A stretch of 64,000 bases of DNA from Vicinamibacteria bacterium (GTDB lineage Bacteria; Acidobacteriota; Vicinamibacteria; Marinacidobacterales; Marinacidobacteraceae), in the NCBI GenBank assembly GCA_965199715.1, contig OZ241322.1:1952001-2016000 (forward strand), read 5' to 3'. Of this stretch, positions 1-8,918 are shown one piece after another. Under the pieces are notes generated by a model. That model had not been told where the DNA came from, searched no databases, and saw only the letters and a list, made by a program, of their open reading frames with translations. Within the stretch, counting starts at the first letter, position 1. Each line of letters begins with the position of its first letter. A program made the position numbers and the translations under genes.

Positions 1-201
1 GACGTCCACTGGATCGGGGAGCCGGCCCGCCCCGGCGAACCGCTGCTGCTGCGCCTCCGCCACGGCCCGGAACTTCTGCGCGGTCGCCTCGAATCCGGCG
101 AGGTCTTCCTCGACGAGCCGGACCCCGGCGTGGCCGCCGGGCAGTTCGCGGTGTTCTACCGGGGGGAGCGCTGCCTCGGTTCGGCGCGTATCCGGCGATA
201 G
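1..201 (+). CDS. mnmA: tRNA-specific 2-thiouridylase MnmA, C-terminal fragment (5' truncated by window)
   Basis: Frame 1 translates DVHWIGEP...LRLRHGPE...DPGVAAGQFAVFYRGERCLGSARIRR*, matching the MnmA C-terminal pattern G(V/I)APGQxAVxY...CLGxGxI. TAG at 199-201. Confidence 0.8.
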   Translation, partial: DVHWIGEPARPGEPLLLRLRHGPELLRGRLESGEVFLDEPDPGVAAGQFAVFYRGERCLGSARIRR

Positions 202-213
202 GTGGGCGGTAGG

Positions 214-798
214 TCAGGCCGGGGTCCGGCAGACGAACACCGCCGCCGGCGGGAAGTTCGCCCACACCGTCTGGCGTCCCTCCACGGTCTCGAAGCGGGC
301 CTTCAGCAGCCGCGCGAAGAGCGAGCGACGCCAGATCGGCAGCGCGTGGAGGTAGATGTAGAAGACGAGCCGTCCGCCCGGCTCGAGCACCTCGACGATG
401 CTCTCGAGGAGCTCGCGCCGGCGGTCCTCGCGCAGGACCGACCACGGCAGGGTCGCGATCACGGTCCCGACCCGGGTCACGCCGCGCTCCTCGCAGATTT
501 CGCGCAGGTTTCTCAGGTCCCCGACCACGACTTCGAGATCGGGCATCCGCTTCGAGAGCGCCGCCGCCAGCGTCGGGTTCAACTCAACCGCGAAGAACGT
601 CCCCTCCTCGGGTTTTTCGGCGGCGAGGAACTCGGTGATCGCGCCGCTGCCGGGACCCGCCTCCACGACGGCGCTGCCGGGCGACCAGGGAACGCAGGCG
701 GCCACGGCGCGTCCGAGCGCCGGGGAACTGGGCGCGAGCGCGCCGATTTCCCGGGGACGGGCGACGAACTCGCGCAGGAACCCGGCGTCTCCGGGCAT
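214..798 (-). CDS. Class I SAM-dependent methyltransferase, phospholipid N-methyltransferase (PmtA-like)
   Basis: MPGDAGFLREFVARPREIGALAPSSPALG, SAM motif VVEAGPGSGAIT, C-terminal VWANFPPAAVF. ATG at 798 overlaps the upstream TGA (TGATG). Confidence 0.8.
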   Translation of the reverse strand: MPGDAGFLREFVARPREIGALAPSSPALGRAVAACVPWSPGSAVVEAGPGSGAITEFLAAEKPEEGTFFAVELNPTLAAALSKRMPDLEVVVGDLRNLREICEERGVTRVGTVIATLPWSVLREDRRRELLESIVEVLEPGGRLVFYIYLHALPIWRRSLFARLLKARFETVEGRQTVWANFPPAAVFVCRTPA

Positions 799-1313
799 CA
801 GCGGACCGGGGCGCGCCGGGCGGTGAGCCGCCCGGTCGAAAAGCCGAGCCAGTGGAGCCGGCCGAAATGCCGCGCGTGCTCGACCTTCATGCAGCGGTCC
901 ATGACGACCTCGAGGCCGAGCTCCCGCGCCCGTTCGGCCGCCTCCCGGTGGACCACGCCGTACTGGGTCCACAGGGACTTCGCCTTGCCGGCGGCCTCCT
1001 CGACAATCCCGGGGACCGCCGCCGGCGCCCGAAAGACGTTCACCACGTCCACCGGCTCGGGAATCGCGGCGACGCTCGGCCACGAGCGCTCCCCGAGGAT
1101 TTCAGGGGCTCGGGGGTTCACCGGCACGATCCGGTATCCGTTGCGCTGGAGGTAGAACGCGACGAAGTAGCTGGCGCGCAGCTCCTTCGGCGAGAGGCCG
1201 ACCACAGCCACCGTCCGGGCGGAGCCGAGCACCTCGCGGATCGTCGCGGGATTCTGGAAGGCGGCGAAGTCCGGCGCGGCCGCCGGCAGCTCGCACTGGG
1301 TCAGATCGGACAT
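798..1313 (-). CDS. CoA-binding protein (YccU-like)
   Basis: TVAVVGLSPKELRASYFVAFYLQRNGYRIVPVNP...VDVVNVFR...WTQYGV...VVMDRCMKVEH. Family commonly found beside metY. Confidence 0.9.
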   Translation of the reverse strand: MSDLTQCELPAAAPDFAAFQNPATIREVLGSARTVAVVGLSPKELRASYFVAFYLQRNGYRIVPVNPRAPEILGERSWPSVAAIPEPVDVVNVFRAPAAVPGIVEEAAGKAKSLWTQYGVVHREAAERARELGLEVVMDRCMKVEHARHFGRLHWLGFSTGRLTARRAPVR

Positions 1314-2608
1314 GCGGCGGGTTCTCCGGACGGCGCAGCCTGCAGGCCGTTTTCGAGATCGGCGATGAGGTCGTCGGGATCCTCGACGCCGACCGAGAGC
1401 CGGATCGTTCCCGGGCCGATCCCGGCTCCCGCCAGCTCCCCGTCGTCGAGCTGGCGGTGGGTCGTGCTCGCCGGGTGGATGACGAGGCTCTTCGCGTCGC
1501 CGACGTTCGCGAGGTGCGAGAAGAGCTCCAGCGCCCGGATGAGGCGGACTCCCGCCTCCCGGCCGCCGGCGAGGTCGAACGAGAACACCGATCCCGCGCC
1601 CTTGGGGAGATAGCGGGCGACGAGCGGCGCATAGCGGCTGCCCGGAAGGCCCGGGTGCGCCACCGAAGTCACCTCCGGGCGCTCGCTCAGGAACTGGGCC
1701 ACGAGCAGCGCGTTCGCCGCGTGCCGCTCCATCCGCAGCGGCAGCGTCTCGATCCCGGTGAGGAAGAGGAAGGCGTTGAACGGGGACAGGCAGGCGCCGA
1801 GGTCGCGCAGCGTCTCCGCCCGCAGCTTCATCAGGAACGCGTACTCGCCGAAGGTGCCGTGGAAGGGGAGGCCGTGGTAGGCGGGCGAGGGCTCCACGAG
1901 CCCCGGGAACCCTCCGTTGTCCCACGGGAACCGCCCCGAATCCACCACGACCCCGCCGATGCTGTTCCCGTGGCCGCCGAGGAACTTCGTGGCCGAGTGG
2001 ATCACGACGTCCGCGCCCCACTCGAGCGGCCGGCACAGCGCCGGGCTCGCGAAGGTGTTATCGACGACGAGCGGGACGCCGCGCCGCCGGGCCACTCCCG
2101 CGACCGCCTCGATGTCGAGGACGTTGCCGCCCGGGTTGCCGATCGTCTCGCCGAAGAAGAGGCGGGTGGAGTCGGTCGCGGCCTCGTCCCAGCGGGAAGG
2201 CTCGTCCGGGTCCACGAAGCTGACCGACAGCGAGAGCTTGCGCGAGAGGTGGCGAAGCTGGGCGAGCGTGCCGCCGTAGAGCGCCCGCGAGGCCACGATG
2301 TGGTCGCCGGGGTTCAGCAGCGTGAAGAAGGTCGCCGCCTGCGCCGACAGCCCCGACGCGAAGCCCACCGCGCCGAGTCCGCCCTCGAGGTTCGCGACGC
2401 GCTCCTCGAACGCGGCCACGGTCGGGTTCATGATGCGGGAGTACGTGTTCCCGTACTCCTGCAAGTTGAAGTACGCCGCCGCCGCGTCGGGATCCTCGAA
2501 GACGTAGCTCGCCGTCTGGAAGATGGGGACGGCGCGGGCGCCGGTGTAGGGATCCGGGCGCGCCCCCGCGTGCACCGCGCGGGTCCCGAGGCCGTATTCG
2601 CGAGGCAT
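1301..2608 (-). CDS. metY: O-acetylhomoserine aminocarboxypropyltransferase / sulfhydrylase (PLP)
   Basis: ARAVPIFQTASY, YSRIMNPT, VVDNTFASP, PLP lysine motif HSATKFLGGHG, HLANVGDAKSLVIHPASTTH. Confidence 0.93.
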   Translation of the reverse strand: MPREYGLGTRAVHAGARPDPYTGARAVPIFQTASYVFEDPDAAAAYFNLQEYGNTYSRIMNPTVAAFEERVANLEGGLGAVGFASGLSAQAATFFTLLNPGDHIVASRALYGGTLAQLRHLSRKLSLSVSFVDPDEPSRWDEAATDSTRLFFGETIGNPGGNVLDIEAVAGVARRRGVPLVVDNTFASPALCRPLEWGADVVIHSATKFLGGHGNSIGGVVVDSGRFPWDNGGFPGLVEPSPAYHGLPFHGTFGEYAFLMKLRAETLRDLGACLSPFNAFLFLTGIETLPLRMERHAANALLVAQFLSERPEVTSVAHPGLPGSRYAPLVARYLPKGAGSVFSFDLAGGREAGVRLIRALELFSHLANVGDAKSLVIHPASTTHRQLDDGELAGAGIGPGTIRLSVGVEDPDDLIADLENGLQAAPSGEPAACPI

Positions 2609-2621
2609 TCCGGCAGGAAGG

Positions 2622-3752
2622 TTACTCGTCGAGAAACCGGCGGATTCGCGGCGTCATGCGCTCGGTCTCCAGCAGGAACGAATCGTGCCCGTAGGTCGTC
2701 TCGATGCGCTCGTGCGCGACCGCCCGCCCGGCGGCCCGAAGCGCCCGCGCGATCCGCTCGGAATCGCCGGGCGGATACAGCCAGTCGGACGAGAACGACA
2801 GCAGCAGCGTCCGGCAGCGGAACCGCCGCGCGGCCTCGACGAGATCCCCGCCCCCGTGGCGGGCGGCGAGGTCGAAGCGGGTCAGCGCCCGCGAGAGCAG
2901 CAGGAAGGCGTTCGGGTCGAAGCGCCGGGTGAACTTCGCCGCCTGATGGCGCAGGTAGGACTCGACCTGGAACTCGTCGCCGTCCTGGAGCCGCCGCCCG
3001 AACTTGGCCTCCATCCCCTCGCGCGACAGGTAGGTCACGTGCCCGACCATCCGGGCCACACCGAGTCCGCCGAGGGGCGGCGCCGAGGCCGGGTAGCGTC
3101 CGCCCTCCCAGTCGGGGTCGGCGGCGATGGCGTTCCGGCCGATGGCGTTCCAGCCGATTCCCTGCGCCGAGAGCGCGGCGGTGCTCGCGATGGGAACGAT
3201 CGCGGCGACCTCGTCGGGATGCCGGGCCGCCCATTCGAGCGCCTGCATCCCGCCGAGCGAACCCCCGGCGACCGCCGCGAGCCGAGAGGCGCCGAGCTCT
3301 CGAAGCCCGGCCCGCATGGCCTCGACAAGATCCCCGACGCTCACCTGCGGGAAGTCCGGTCCCCACGGCTCCCCCGCCGGTCCCGGGCTCCCCGGCCCGG
3401 TGGTGCCGCCGCAGCCTCCCAGGAGGCTCATGCAGACCACGAGGAACCGCTCGGTGTCGAACGACTTCCCCGGGCCGATCATGGCGTCCCACCAGCCGAT
3501 TCCGGCGGCGGCGCCGGCGAAACCGAAGCCGTCCACGGCGGGCTCCCCCGCTCCCCCGAATCCGGCCGCGTGCGCGTCGGCCGAGAGCGCCGGACAGACG
3601 AGGACGACGTTGTCCCGCGCCGCGTTCATCTCGCCCCACGTCTCGCAGGCGATCTCGATCTCCGGCAGCTCCCTTCCGTTCTCGAGCCGGAACGGCCCCG
3701 GCGGGCGCAGGCGCAGCCGCCGGTGGGGAGCGGCGTCGCCGGCCGTCGTCAC
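2622..3752 (-). CDS. metX: Homoserine O-acetyltransferase
   Basis: GWWDAMIGPGKSFDT, nucleophile GGSLGGMQALEW, FQVESYLRHQ, SSDWLYP, YGHDSFLLE. GTG start overlaps the upstream TGA (GTGA). Confidence 0.92.
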   Translation of the reverse strand: MTTAGDAAPHRRLRLRPPGPFRLENGRELPEIEIACETWGEMNAARDNVVLVCPALSADAHAAGFGGAGEPAVDGFGFAGAAAGIGWWDAMIGPGKSFDTERFLVVCMSLLGGCGGTTGPGSPGPAGEPWGPDFPQVSVGDLVEAMRAGLRELGASRLAAVAGGSLGGMQALEWAARHPDEVAAIVPIASTAALSAQGIGWNAIGRNAIAADPDWEGGRYPASAPPLGGLGVARMVGHVTYLSREGMEAKFGRRLQDGDEFQVESYLRHQAAKFTRRFDPNAFLLLSRALTRFDLAARHGGGDLVEAARRFRCRTLLLSFSSDWLYPPGDSERIARALRAAGRAVAHERIETTYGHDSFLLETERMTPRIRRFLDE

Positions 3753-4462
3753 GTCCGCAGCCACAGCGCCGCCGCGAACGCGCAGGTGACGAGGCCGACG
3801 ATCCACCGCAGCGCCGTCTCGCCGGCGCGCAGCGTCACCCGCACGCCGAGGAGCGCTCCGGCGAACGTGCCCGCGCCGAGCGCGAGCCCGGCCCCCCATT
3901 CGACGGCTCCGGCGCTCGCGAAGACCGCGAGCGAGAGCACGGAGAAGAGCAGGATGCACGCGACCTTGATCGCGTTGCCGGCGACGAGGCCGAGCCCGGC
4001 GCGCGAGGTGATCGCGAGCGAGAGGAACCCGACCCCGGCCTGGACGAAGCCGCCGTAGAACCCCACCACGAGGAATCCGCCGAGGAGCGCCGGGCCGACC
4101 CGCAGCGCCGCGCCGTCCGCGTCCGGCGGCGTCGTCCACCGGGTGAGCAACTGGACGAGCGTCAGGACCACCATCACCACTGCGAGCGAGCGCAGGAAGG
4201 TCGTCTCGCCGACCCGGATCGCGAGCGCGCTGCCGAACCCGGCGCCGAGCGCGGCGGCGAGGCCGATCCCGGCGAGCTGGCGCAGCGGCGTCCGCCCGGA
4301 GCGCACGAAGGAGGCGGTCGCGCCGCAGCTCTGGATCAGGATCGCGAGCCGGTTCGTCCCGTTGGCCACGTCGTGCGGCAGCCCGAGGAAGATGAGCGTG
4401 GGGAGCGTGAGGAACGAGCCGCCCCCGGCGACGGTGTTCAGGAATCCGGCGACGACCCCCAC
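3749..4462 (-). CDS. Sulfite exporter TauE/SafE family membrane protein (true start probably about 40 nt further upstream)
   Basis: AGFLNTVAGGGSFLTLP, VANGTNR, GFYGGFVQAGVG; multiple hydrophobic helices. Confidence 0.88.
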   Translation of the reverse strand: MGVVAGFLNTVAGGGSFLTLPTLIFLGLPHDVANGTNRLAILIQSCGATASFVRSGRTPLRQLAGIGLAAALGAGFGSALAIRVGETTFLRSLAVVMVVLTLVQLLTRWTTPPDADGAALRVGPALLGGFLVVGFYGGFVQAGVGFLSLAITSRAGLGLVAGNAIKVACILLFSVLSLAVFASAGAVEWGAGLALGAGTFAGALLGVRVTLRAGETALRWIVGLVTCAFAAALWLRT

Positions 4463-4493
4463 CGGAACCAGCAGGAGCGCCGCGACGAGCGGT

Positions 4494-4913
4494 TCAGCGA
4501 TCGCCGTCGCCCTCCCCGGACTCGAAGTCGAGCGAGGCCGAGTTGATGCACCACCGCTCGCCCGTCTCGTCCGGCGGACCGTCGGGGAACACGTGCCCGA
4601 GGTGCGCCCCGCAGCGGTCGCACTGCGCCTCGGTGCGGATCATGCCGAAGCTCGTGTCGAGCGAGGCGCGGATAGGCGCCGCCTCCGCCGGTCGGGTGAA
4701 GCTCGGCCAGCCGCATCCCGAGTCGAACTTGTCTTGCGAGGCGAAGAGAACCTCGCCGCAGCACACGCACCGGTAGTCGCCTTCGGCCTTGTTGCCGAGC
4801 CACTTCCCGGTGAAGGGCCGCTCGGTGCCGCCGCGCCGGGCCACCTCGTACTGCGTCGGGGTCAGCTTCTCGCGCCACTCGGCGTCGGACCGGACGACCC
4901 TCGGCTTCTTCAC
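4494..4913 (-). CDS. msrB: Peptide-methionine (R)-S-oxide reductase
   Basis: [65 protein letters not shown]. Confidence 0.95.
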   Translation of the reverse strand: MKKPRVVRSDAEWREKLTPTQYEVARRGGTERPFTGKWLGNKAEGDYRCVCCGEVLFASQDKFDSGCGWPSFTRPAEAAPIRASLDTSFGMIRTEAQCDRCGAHLGHVFPDGPPDETGERWCINSASLDFESGEGDGDR

Positions 4914-5089
4914 GAGGCGATCCAGTCCCGGACGACGATGAGCACCCAGAAGAGGACCATCGCCACCACCAGCGCCCGCCCGAATTCGCGCACCTTGCCC
5001 ATCAGTCGCCGCTTGCGCTCCGCCGGAGCGAGCGCGTAGGCCGCGCCCGCGATGAGCAGGACGATCGCCGCGTTGCGAAAGCGCAGCAC
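4910..5089 (-). CDS. 59-aa hypothetical membrane protein (absent from ORF track)
   Basis: GTG...TGA encodes [59 protein letters not shown]. It fills the gap exactly: 3 nt after the upstream stop, and its TGA overlaps the msrB GTG. Confidence 0.7.
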   Translation of the reverse strand: MLRFRNAAIVLLIAGAAYALAPAERKRRLMGKVREFGRALVVAMVLFWVLIVVRDWIAS

Positions 5090-5092
5090 GCC

Positions 5093-6160
5093 TCACCGCC
5101 CGGGGTCGAAGCGGACCGCGTACACCGGCGGAAGCTCGGCCGTGACCAGATCCCACGAGTCGCCGAGATCCTCCGAAATCCACAGCGCGCCGGTCGTCGT
5201 GCCCATGGCCAGCACCGGGCCGTCCGGGTGCGCTTCGAAGCCGTGCCGATAGACCACGGCGAAGGAATGCTCCTGCGGGAGTCCCCGACCCCCGGCGGTC
5301 CACGACTCGCCGCCGTCCCGGGTGCGGGCCACGACCATGCGCCCGTCCTTCGGAATCCGGTGCTCGTCCTTCACCAGGGGAACGGCCCACGCCGTGTCGG
5401 CGTCGCCCGGATGCGCCTCCACGGCGAACCCGAAGGACGACGGCGGAAGGTCGAGGCTGGTCCAGGTCGCGCCGGCGTCGTTCGAGCGGAAGAAGCCGCT
5501 GTGGTGCTGGCACCACAGGCGCGCGGGGTCGGCGGGGCTGCGGGCGATCCGGTGCGGATCCTGGATGTTCGGATCCTCGCGGCGATCCGGCGGCATGTAC
5601 TCCGCGAACATTCCCTTGGTCGAGACGCGGAAGGAAGCCCCGCCGTCCTCGCTGATCCAGACCCCGCCGCACGAGACCGCGGCGAGGATGCGTCCCTTGT
5701 CGGGGCCGACGAGGACCGTGTGGATTCCCGGCTCGTCGTACCCGCCGCCGAACCAGTCCTTGCGCGCCGGCGCGTTCCACAGCGCTTCGTTGAGCGACCA
5801 CGAGGCGCCGCCGTCGGCGGAGTGGAACAGCGCCCCGGGAATCGTTCCCATGAGCAGGCTTCCCGGCGCCTCGCCCGCCTCGAGGCACCATAGCAGGCTC
5901 ACCGAGGGGCCGTCCCCGCCCTCGGCCGGGAAGGCCGGCGCGGGAAGCTCGCGAAACGAGCGGCCCCCGTCCTCCGAGACCCGCAGTTTCGCGCCGAAAT
6001 GCCCGAGATCGAGCGCCGCGTAGAGCCGGCCGTCGCGTTCGTCGGGGAGGATCTGGCTCACCGGGTCGCCGAGGAACGCGGTCGTCCGGACGCGCCAGTC
6101 GGCCTTTCCGGCGCGCTCGAACCCGAGATACCCCTTGCGGGTCGCGACGTGGAGAAACAT
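5093..6160 (-). CDS. BNR/Asp-box beta-propeller protein (sialidase-like fold), cytoplasmic
   Basis: Six Asp-box repeats ([48 protein letters not shown]); no signal peptide. Confidence 0.85.
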   Translation of the reverse strand: MFLHVATRKGYLGFERAGKADWRVRTTAFLGDPVSQILPDERDGRLYAALDLGHFGAKLRVSEDGGRSFRELPAPAFPAEGGDGPSVSLLWCLEAGEAPGSLLMGTIPGALFHSADGGASWSLNEALWNAPARKDWFGGGYDEPGIHTVLVGPDKGRILAAVSCGGVWISEDGGASFRVSTKGMFAEYMPPDRREDPNIQDPHRIARSPADPARLWCQHHSGFFRSNDAGATWTSLDLPPSSFGFAVEAHPGDADTAWAVPLVKDEHRIPKDGRMVVARTRDGGESWTAGGRGLPQEHSFAVVYRHGFEAHPDGPVLAMGTTTGALWISEDLGDSWDLVTAELPPVYAVRFDPGR

Positions 6161-6163
6161 CCG

Positions 6164-6433
6164 TCACCCTCCCGAGAGCGCTTGCATCACGTGGACCTCG
6201 GATCCGCCGGCGACGGCGTCGCCGAGCCGGACCCGGTCGCGGACCGGATTTCCGTCCACGTACACGGCGACGTGGGCGCGCAGCCGGCCTTGGTCATCGA
6301 CTACGTAGGAGCGGACCTGGGGGTTCGCCTCGAAGACGCCCTCGAGCGTCTCGCGCAGCGTTCCCGGCGGCGCGTCCATGCTCGCGGCGTCGAGGTGCCG
6401 CCGAAGGTTCGGCGTGAAGTGGACCCGCGCCAC
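6164..6433 (-). CDS. MoaD/ThiS family ubiquitin-like (beta-grasp) protein
   Basis: 89 aa, [13 protein letters not shown]...[18 protein letters not shown]...[11 protein letters not shown], ending in a C-terminal Gly-Gly. Confidence 0.9.
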   Translation of the reverse strand: MARVHFTPNLRRHLDAASMDAPPGTLRETLEGVFEANPQVRSYVVDDQGRLRAHVAVYVDGNPVRDRVRLGDAVAGGSEVHVMQALSGG

Positions 6434-6441
6434 CGGACCGC

Positions 6442-7296
6442 TCAGAGCCGCGCCCGCAGCCGCAGGTGCTCGACCAGGGGCGCGAGCGCGGCCTGGATGC
6501 GGCGCTGGTTGTCGGGGCCGAAGCGGACCAGATGCTTGCTCGCCGGATCGAGCGCCTCGATCTCCGCCTCGGCGAACTCGTAGCGCAGCGTCTCCTGCCG
6601 GAGCAGGATGGGCGACTGCGGCACCGGCGCGGTCAGCAGGCGCTCGAGCGCCAGCAGCAGCGCCTCGGCGAAGCCCCGGTCGGGTCGGCCCAGCTCGGCG
6701 TAGGCCCGCTCGAGCAGGGGCATCAGATCGTCGAGCGTCGTCGCAACCAGCGCGATGTCGGCTTCGGCGATGACCGCGGTCACGCCGTCGTAGCGGGCGA
6801 AGCTGGCCGGGTCCACCTCGACCCCCGCCTCGGTGGCGCGGGTCTCGAACATTCCGTCCGGCGCGAGGCGCGAGAGCGCGCGGCGGGGACTCACGCCGTC
6901 GGCGACGTTGTCGGTGGCGATCGCGACCCGCCGCGCGATCTCGTCGGTCCGGAGCCAGCCGAGGCCCTCCGAACCGGTCATCAGCGCCTCCAGCAGGGTA
7001 CGCAGCAGGCCGTCGCTCTCGTCGAGCGCCGGAAGCGCCGGCCCCGGATCCTCCGGCGCGGCCTCGGCCACGGGCTCGGAAGGCGGCGCGGGCCCCGCCC
7101 GAGTCCCGAATCCCGGCCCCAGCACGAACCATCCGGCGACCGCGGCGACCGCCAGAAGCGCGACCCCGATCCAGATTCCCCGCCGTCCCGAGGAGGAGTC
7201 CCCGCCGGGCGCCCCCAGCCCAGCGGGATCCGGAACCTTCTCCGCGGATTCCACCGGCTCCCAAACATCCGACGAGTCGCCCGAGAACGCCGCCAT
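6442..7296 (-). CDS. DUF3014 domain membrane-anchored protein
   Basis: TM anchor, then LPALDESD...RRVAIATDN...SFARYD...AYAELG.PD...YEFAEAEIEALDPASKHLVRFGPDN. Confidence 0.8.
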   Translation of the reverse strand: MAAFSGDSSDVWEPVESAEKVPDPAGLGAPGGDSSSGRRGIWIGVALLAVAAVAGWFVLGPGFGTRAGPAPPSEPVAEAAPEDPGPALPALDESDGLLRTLLEALMTGSEGLGWLRTDEIARRVAIATDNVADGVSPRRALSRLAPDGMFETRATEAGVEVDPASFARYDGVTAVIAEADIALVATTLDDLMPLLERAYAELGRPDRGFAEALLLALERLLTAPVPQSPILLRQETLRYEFAEAEIEALDPASKHLVRFGPDNQRRIQAALAPLVEHLRLRARL

Positions 7297-7303
7297 GACG
7301 GCC

Positions 7304-7309
7304 AGTATA
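7304..7309 (-). promoter_or_regulatory. Putative -10 box (TATACT) of a leaderless transcript driving the DUF3014...methyltransferase operon
   Basis: TATACT lies 7 nt upstream of the ATG at 7296; no Shine-Dalgarno. Confidence 0.55.
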
Positions 7310-7418
7310 TCGGCCGCCGAGGCCTCGCCCGCCCCGGTTCGCATCCCGCCCGGAACTGGGTACACTCCGCGAATTCCGTGCGCCTCGCCCCGGTCAGGCG
7401 CACCGGGGAATCGCATTC

Positions 7419-8918
7419 TTGAGCTCCGCCGGCGCGCCGTTTCACCCCCTCGTCCGCACTCTGGATCTGCGGCTGCGCACGGGCCGCCTGCTGCGCGATC
7501 TGGCTTGGTTCGCCGGGGCCGTCGCGCTCGCGCTGGCGCTGCCGCGCCTTGGCGGCGACGGCCTCCCGCTCCTCGCGGCCGGAGTGGCCTTCGCGGGAGC
7601 CGCACTCGTGTTCTGGCGCTTTTGGACCGGCGGCGGCCTTCTCGCCGCCGCCGCCGCCGGGGACCGGGGCGGGGGACTGGCCGACGAGCTGGGCTCGGCG
7701 CAGTGGTTCTTCTCGCAGGATGCGCAGACCTCCTGGGAGTCGTTCCAGATCGCCCGCGCCCGCGGGATCGCCGACGGGGCCGATCCTGCGGGCCTCGTGC
7801 CGGTCGCCGTGCCCCGGGCGACTTGGGGCGCGCTCGGCTCGGTCGCGCTGTTGCTCGTCGCGCTCCCGCTGATCGAGGGGCCGCTCGTTCCCGAGGCGCT
7901 GCGGGCGCGGCTCGCCAGCGGGCTCGCTGGAAGCGTCGGGACCGAGCCCGAGCCCGAGCTCGCCGGCCTCGCTCCCGAGGAGGAAGCCGAGGACGCCCGG
8001 CTCGAGGCCCGCTCGCCCGAGGAAGTCCTCGAGGCGCTGCGCGCCGGCGAGGTTCCCATGGCGGACCCGGCGTTCGAGGACGAGGCGGCGCTCGAGGCGG
8101 CGCTCGCCCGCGCCATGGAGGAGCAGGCGTTCGGCGAATCCAGCGAGGAGGTCACCGCCGCGCTCGCGGGTCTCGCCGATTCGCTCGAGGACGCCGAGTG
8201 GATGGAGGGGCTCGCCGAGGCGATGCAGAACGGGGCCACGAGCGAGGAGCTGCGGGCGCTGCTCGAGGCGCTCGAGGCGGACGGCGCCTTCGCCGAGGCC
8301 GCCGCCGAGATGGCGGAGCTGCTGGAGGCCGGCATGGATCCGCAGGCCGCGTTCGAGCAGCTCGCCGAGAACATGCAGGCGATGGACGGCGAGGCAATGC
8401 AGGGCCAGGGCGGCGAGGGCCAGCAGATGCCCTTCCCGGGCGAGGGCGAGGGCGGCGGCCAGCCGCAGGCGGGCGAGGGCGGCGAGCCCGCGGGCGGCAT
8501 GCCGCAGGGCGCGTCCGGCCTCTCGGGCGCGGTCCAGATGATGGCCGCCGAGGGCCAGATGGGCGCCCCGATGCCGATGGACGCGGGACCGGCGGGCAAC
8601 ATGACCGGCCCCGGAGGCGGTGGCGAATCCGACGTGTTCGGCGACTCGACGAGCCTCGAGGTGCAGCTCGCCATGGAGGCGATTCCCCCGTCCGAGGACG
8701 TCGAGCCGGTTCCGGAGCAGATCGTCGAGCGGCAGAGCCGCCGCGAGGACGCGAGCGTCGAGTTCGACAGCGTGCGTTCGCTCGACGAGTACGCAGACGA
8801 GACCGTCGCCCGCCGGCGCGTCATTCCCGCCGGCCTGCGGCCCCTCGTCCGCGCCTATTTCCTGATGATCCGGGAGACCGTCCCCGACGCGGAACCGGAA
8901 GGAGCAGAGCAGCCATGA
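7419..8918 (+). CDS. Hypothetical membrane protein with acidic coiled-coil and G/Q/M-rich region, first gene of MoxR module
   Basis: Three N-terminal TM segments, E/A-rich helices, C-terminal IPAGLRPLVRAYF motif seen in MoxR-operon accessory proteins. TTG start uncertain. Confidence 0.7.
   Translation: MSSAGAPFHPLVRTLDLRLRTGRLLRDLAWFAGAVALALALPRLGGDGLPLLAAGVAFAGAALVFWRFWTGGGLLAAAAAGDRGGGLADELGSAQWFFSQDAQTSWESFQIARARGIADGADPAGLVPVAVPRATWGALGSVALLLVALPLIEGPLVPEALRARLASGLAGSVGTEPEPELAGLAPEEEAEDARLEARSPEEVLEALRAGEVPMADPAFEDEAALEAALARAMEEQAFGESSEEVTAALAGLADSLEDAEWMEGLAEAMQNGATSEELRALLEALEADGAFAEAAAEMAELLEAGMDPQAAFEQLAENMQAMDGEAMQGQGGEGQQMPFPGEGEGGGQPQAGEGGEPAGGMPQGASGLSGAVQMMAAEGQMGAPMPMDAGPAGNMTGPGGGGESDVFGDSTSLEVQLAMEAIPPSEDVEPVPEQIVERQSRREDASVEFDSVRSLDEYADETVARRRVIPAGLRPLVRAYFLMIRETVPDAEPEGAEQP

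Noticed and set aside
4494-6167. Apparent 557-aa MsrB fusion
   Set aside because: The upstream part is an off-frame read of the BNR gene; MsrB starts at GTG 4913.
7378-7422. 14-codon ORF (GTG...TGA) overlapping the TTG start of the MoxR-module first gene
   Set aside because: Too short and unsupported; may be chance or reflect start/frameshift uncertainty.
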